64,000 bases of DNA. Origin: an uncultured delta proteobacterium. GTDB lineage: Bacteria; Desulfobacterota; Desulfobacteria; Desulfobacterales; QNYZ01. This document shows, piece after piece, positions 61,601 to 64,000 of this stretch. A model generated the notes under the pieces. It made no database searches and was not told the origin of the DNA. It saw only the letters and a program-made list of their open reading frames with translations. How positions within the stretch are numbered: position 1 is the first letter of the stretch; the number at the start of each line of letters is the position of its first letter. The stretch is from positions 1-64,000 of the forward strand of contig CAWJQU010000015.1 in NCBI GenBank assembly GCA_963845145.1, written 5' to 3'. The translations under genes and the position numbers were made by a program.

Positions 61601-61796
61601 ATTTATCGGCCAGTCCTCCATGGCCCCTTTCTTTTAACTTTTGGATGAGATCTGTCTTCACCTGATCCAGTGTATCTTTCATCAACTCGTCGTCTGATTT
61701 AAACAGGTCATCCGAAGCCGTTGTACTGACAGGAATCATTAATAAAAAGATCAAAAGCAACATGCCGATACTTGCACTAATGGCAAAAGACTTCAT
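57744..61796 (-). CDS. large exported helical/coiled-coil protein with Cys-rich repeats and shared C-terminal module
   Basis: Signal peptide from ATG 61796 (MKSFAISASIGMLLLIFLLMIPVSTTA); Lys/Glu-rich then Ala-rich heptads; same C-terminus as the 54317 gene. Confidence 0.85.
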   Translation of the reverse strand: MKSFAISASIGMLLLIFLLMIPVSTTASDDLFKSDDELMKDTLDQVKTDLIQKLKERGHGGLADKLSGVNPEKIGDFLGSAAGGDFDQAFNIAGSSAANYLHDKFKEKIDEKLSELIQPNSPAAIIGKYVPWDSAQAKQIAISALNGKFDQASSQLTSMVKTKGQENLKQLSKDIISGSIDWVLKPTVGAGAGNLFLKAVELEMAGIEWFQKWSKDYLTEDRRNQFNRLRQQGMTPEQAMNTIMDNSLQTAFARYPFHGDQNKALEYLEIQYARSRNITPATLKHQREAEANKIVADLGEKLRKQQEEYDKKLKQELLQIFLEAAKNHKELKELITSLKSARDKIDAIKAETEKLEGFWKKNKHVFDSEKMEEKKRAIDEELTDFEKGIKGSGLEKCNQIDGWETTIEAQLEAIDTLLKQIRDLGLKAKEIVQKICDNQDDKTLVKKGMIAFKKRLGYADSKSRQIPTHKTKALSNLKQLEKLKTEVKSLLDKQTSVDSSLNQIDRWNDLLKAAQQNVDTPAEKVKQLHADIRKTINNPIFNRFKGKKNSIRYTILGDADAAKKDFDAQKAKVEAGLKKLADSLLGFDGVKDRLEIHKQNLNKALGDCRKLQDLDLSEYKERLQKMDEKDRRYRNAFEKLKRKAKTCTGEEDDTLDSAALDEARRLLDKARERGGVVIDKFVVADNAKNRLAGMLAAASGALDSVSTSAVNSDELLTACAQAQAQGKQLESEIQAATAASAGHMAKLKKGYEGAANARKSACEGAKAAGGAIDKKQCEEKAAEAQAQASSALEAAQMAAEAAGKMKSLYDSLKSKSALNSFDELLRKIPGAIQALKDQITAANAKLADIDLNGLGQEVEQAQTAATDANTAAQKVFGLVGQIRGLLTGVDPALTAEANQISGEAANVNEIAARRNQLAGEAATQAKIAGDKVKAAVNDAKVKITALTAAVENLSKCRNADLGGDLNELRTNSDMGEIFGPAAKADAENAGRCAQQAVRKCKALETPCEANEKRDKSGKCVCATGYNRINGICKKTGCETDPDCPKGYVCNPKTGRCTDPFDDDHDDTTDLLTQREGERNQDNAQQTTTDQGANTGRDGFTSDDLDESIDDTQTFVGTECNDRKPCPAGQTCEDGKCVNKDDDCQSDSDCPKGQVCKDGHCADKSDTKPKGLIISPANKAVKLNEAVTFKATLQMDDGTTKDVTAEAVWSPNNPFSKGTIGQYTVQATYQDVSATAMVTVVEEKGMDDITVNSKTITVTFFDHGRQDGDMIDILINGKVVFSGITLTKAPQSRSITMNADIIVFGFRALNEGKIPPNTATVTFTSVVKGKSTQKYELKKNQKTNMNISYSP

Positions 61797-61857
61797 GTCA
61801 TTAATCCTGTTCTCAAATCCTGACTTGATGATTTCCCCAAACATAACGGTTCCGATG

Positions 61858-62634
61858 TTAGTGCCTGAAATATTGCAGCGGCACAGACTGAGTGGCATAG
61901 ATCACAGAGCGATAGATGCAATCTCGAATGGCCAATTCCATGGGCGTATTTTTGAAAGCACCTAGAGTGGCCGGCGTTCGCAACCGGTGCTTTTTTCCAT
62001 GTGACGAGACCCGGCCTTCAAAATCAACGCCAAAAGTCGCCATGTAAGATGCTGCCGATCCTGCGATTCGCCGGGCCGCTACCAATCGGCCTGAAGCCAC
62101 ATCCACCACGCGAATATCAATGGCCATATGGGCCTTTTTACCCTTCAGCGCGCCGCTCCCCGCTTTGATTTGAGAACTGTCCCAGGTGGTCGGCACTTCC
62201 GCCTTCAAGCCGGCACCTGCGGCCTCGGCCTCAAATTCCGTAACGGTCCCATACATCATCAATTCGGCCACTTCCATTTGCGCGCCCAGCTTGGGCGATC
62301 CCGCCGCTGCCATTTTGGAATAACTGAGTTTTTGTTCGGCGGTCAGTCCTTTGGGGTCCATTCGATCCAACACATTAAACCGCAATGATTCAAACAAGGC
62401 GGTGGCCAGCATTTCCCGCAACCCGTCACCAATATACTGGGTGCCACCGCGGGCCTTAACCCGGAAATCCCCCACGGCAATATTGGCCCGCGGGCCTTGA
62501 TAGTTCATATCCAATTGACGGGGAGGTTCTTTTTCGGGAGTAAAAGTCGTGACATAATGGCTGGTGCATCCGGCCGTCATTAATAAATAAAAGGCACTAA
62601 ACGTCACTACCAACATTGTGTTTTTTTTCATCAT
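61858..62634 (-). CDS. CsgG/HfaB-family lipoprotein (paralog 1)
   Basis: Lipobox TAGC; IAVGDF, GDGLREMLATAL..SLRFNVLDR, YGTVTEFE, IDIRVVDVASG, TPMELAIRDCI. Confidence 0.88.
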   Translation of the reverse strand: MMKKNTMLVVTFSAFYLLMTAGCTSHYVTTFTPEKEPPRQLDMNYQGPRANIAVGDFRVKARGGTQYIGDGLREMLATALFESLRFNVLDRMDPKGLTAEQKLSYSKMAAAGSPKLGAQMEVAELMMYGTVTEFEAEAAGAGLKAEVPTTWDSSQIKAGSGALKGKKAHMAIDIRVVDVASGRLVAARRIAGSAASYMATFGVDFEGRVSSHGKKHRLRTPATLGAFKNTPMELAIRDCIYRSVIYATQSVPLQYFRH

Positions 62635-62667
62635 GCAACCCCTCTCATCTGTTTAAAGCATATACTT

Positions 62668-63153
62668 TCAATCTCGATTACGCTTTTCGCGGCCAGAATT
62701 TCGATTCGGATAACGATTTTGATATGGATACATCGGCGAATACCACGGACCATAAGACCACGGCAGCGGATGATACATGTACGGATACGGTGGTGGATAT
62801 GGATACGGCATTACATACCCCGGTGGCGGTGGTGGTGGCGAATTGTTATCCGGATCTTCCAGCCAACGCTGGGTCTGTTCAAGTTCGTACCACAATCGAT
62901 AAGCGGAGTACCGTCTTTGGCGCGTGGAAGACCAATAATCCCAATAGCGACGAAGGGCTTCGGCCATCTCACGGTCCCTTTCCTTTTCCGACCACAGCCG
63001 CAGCGCATCCCGACCCGCTTCATCCGGATAGGCCTTTTCTTTTCCATCGAATGGAAAAACCGGCTTTGAAATGATAGCCGAACCCAATATAATCAAAAGT
63101 GAAAAAATGAGGACCCCAACAGCGAACCGATTCTTCTTCTCACGGGCGAACAT
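62668..63153 (-). CDS. small exported/membrane-anchored protein with Pro/Tyr-rich tail
   Basis: AAGGAG RBS, ATG 63153, hydrophobic leader, PPPPPPGYVMPYPYPPPYPY. Confidence 0.7.
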   Translation of the reverse strand: MFAREKKNRFAVGVLIFSLLIILGSAIISKPVFPFDGKEKAYPDEAGRDALRLWSEKERDREMAEALRRYWDYWSSTRQRRYSAYRLWYELEQTQRWLEDPDNNSPPPPPPGYVMPYPYPPPYPYMYHPLPWSYGPWYSPMYPYQNRYPNRNSGREKRNRD

Positions 63154-63498
63154 GTCGATCGCTCCTTGTCGTTGTTTTGTCGCTCGGGCTACCATGAGTC
63201 TTGTTTTCAGCAGATGGCGGAGAGAGATCGAGTCAAAATGCAGTTGGAAATTTTTTTGGCAGCTTATACTTACCAAACACCCACGCGGTGGATTTCCAGA
63301 TAGCGTTGTAGCGGAAGACGGCAAACTTACCCAGCCGTAATATAGACCACATAACAGGAAAAAACCATTAAAAATATTACATGATGTCTCATTTTCGAAA
63401 TCCCTTTAAATTTAGCTCTACTTTGCCGAAAAATATTCAGCCGCTTAAATTTGTTGTTGATTAGTCTTCCAGTGACGACGATTATCTGTTTTGAATAC

Positions 63499-63515
63499 AG
63501 CAATTCTTATGCCAG
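63499..63515 (-). promoter_or_regulatory. sigma54 (-24/-12) promoter candidate for the CsgG operon
   Basis: Minus strand CTGGCATAAGAATTGCT (GG-N10-GC). Confidence 0.75.
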
Positions 63516-63854
63516 TTGCAGAGGGGCAACTCGTGGATATTCCACTTAGGAAAAATATTCGGATAAAAGCTAGTTTACAGGAAGCCCCTTCGCATTCAAA
63601 CCACAAATAATTAAAGTTCTACTTTGCAAAATTTTCGTCATTTAATCCATTTTTTGGAATCGATCTATCATGTTAAATCCACATCGAATGTTCGGGGAAA
63701 TACAAAATGCACATTCCAAATAGGGATGGATCGAAAATGGGGGGCTATCAGGATGGGAGGAACAACAGATTCGGTTGATATCCACCAGTTTCGGTGGTTG
63801 TGGTGGTGCATATGAACCACTATCCGAATTGGTTTACGGTTTCTATGTGGGGAT

Positions 63855-64000
63855 TTAGTGCTGCTGAATGCCGAACTTCTTCAAACGGTAACGGAGGGTA
63901 TTCCGTGTGACATTCAGCATTTTAGCGGCACGGCTTTGATTCCAGCCGGTCTGTTCAAGGGCATCTATGATCATCTGTTTTTCACGAGCCCGTAAATCAA
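63855..64000 (-). CDS. 3' end of a Fis-type HTH protein, probably an NtrC-family sigma54 activator (partial, not in the ORF track)
   Basis: Own translation: DLRAREKQMIIDALEQTGWNQSRAAKMLNVTRNTLRYRLKKFGIQQH*. Confidence 0.85.
   Translation of the reverse strand, partial: DLRAREKQMIIDALEQTGWNQSRAAKMLNVTRNTLRYRLKKFGIQQH

Noticed and set aside
52347..63153. Canonical curli operon
   Set aside because: No curlin-repeat proteins and no recognisable CsgE/CsgF; only the CsgG-like fold is shared.
63160..63490. Riboswitch (e.g. c-di-GMP) in the long leader
   Set aside because: A GGCAAAC is present only on the opposite strand and the rest of the motif is missing; no fold I can support.

Overview
Bacterial chromosomal window; the gene content (TRAP transporter, NuoEFG-like module, PEP-CTERM protein, sigma54 promoters) suggests a Desulfobacterota-like organism (inference). 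Left to right: (1) an AT-rich block with a sigma54-type promoter, a periplasmic binding protein and a hybrid histidine kinase. It is followed by a satellite-like integrative module (DnaB, phage-type replication initiator with internal iterons, AlpA-like HTH, tyrosine integrase) ending at a 3'-half tRNA-Arg(CCG) att site at ~10.2 kb. (2) A run of minus-strand accessory genes (~12-22 kb), at least three bracketed by complementary GTT.../...AAC ends. This looks like a decayed integron cassette array without an integrase and includes a gutted type I R-M cassette. (3) Housekeeping and metabolic genes: argB, argA-like, nuoEFG-like, selO, TRAP-GntR-SDR-E1alpha/beta, a disrupted tex, acyl-CoA dehydrogenase, M16 peptidase. 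(4) From 46 to 64 kb, the best candidate for an undescribed system: a sigma54/activator-linked operon with two CsgG-family genes and no curlin. It encodes two giant Cys-rich exported proteins sharing a near-identical ~290-aa C-terminus, followed by a TolC/MacAB-type exporter. All calls come from reading the sequence; no searches were run.
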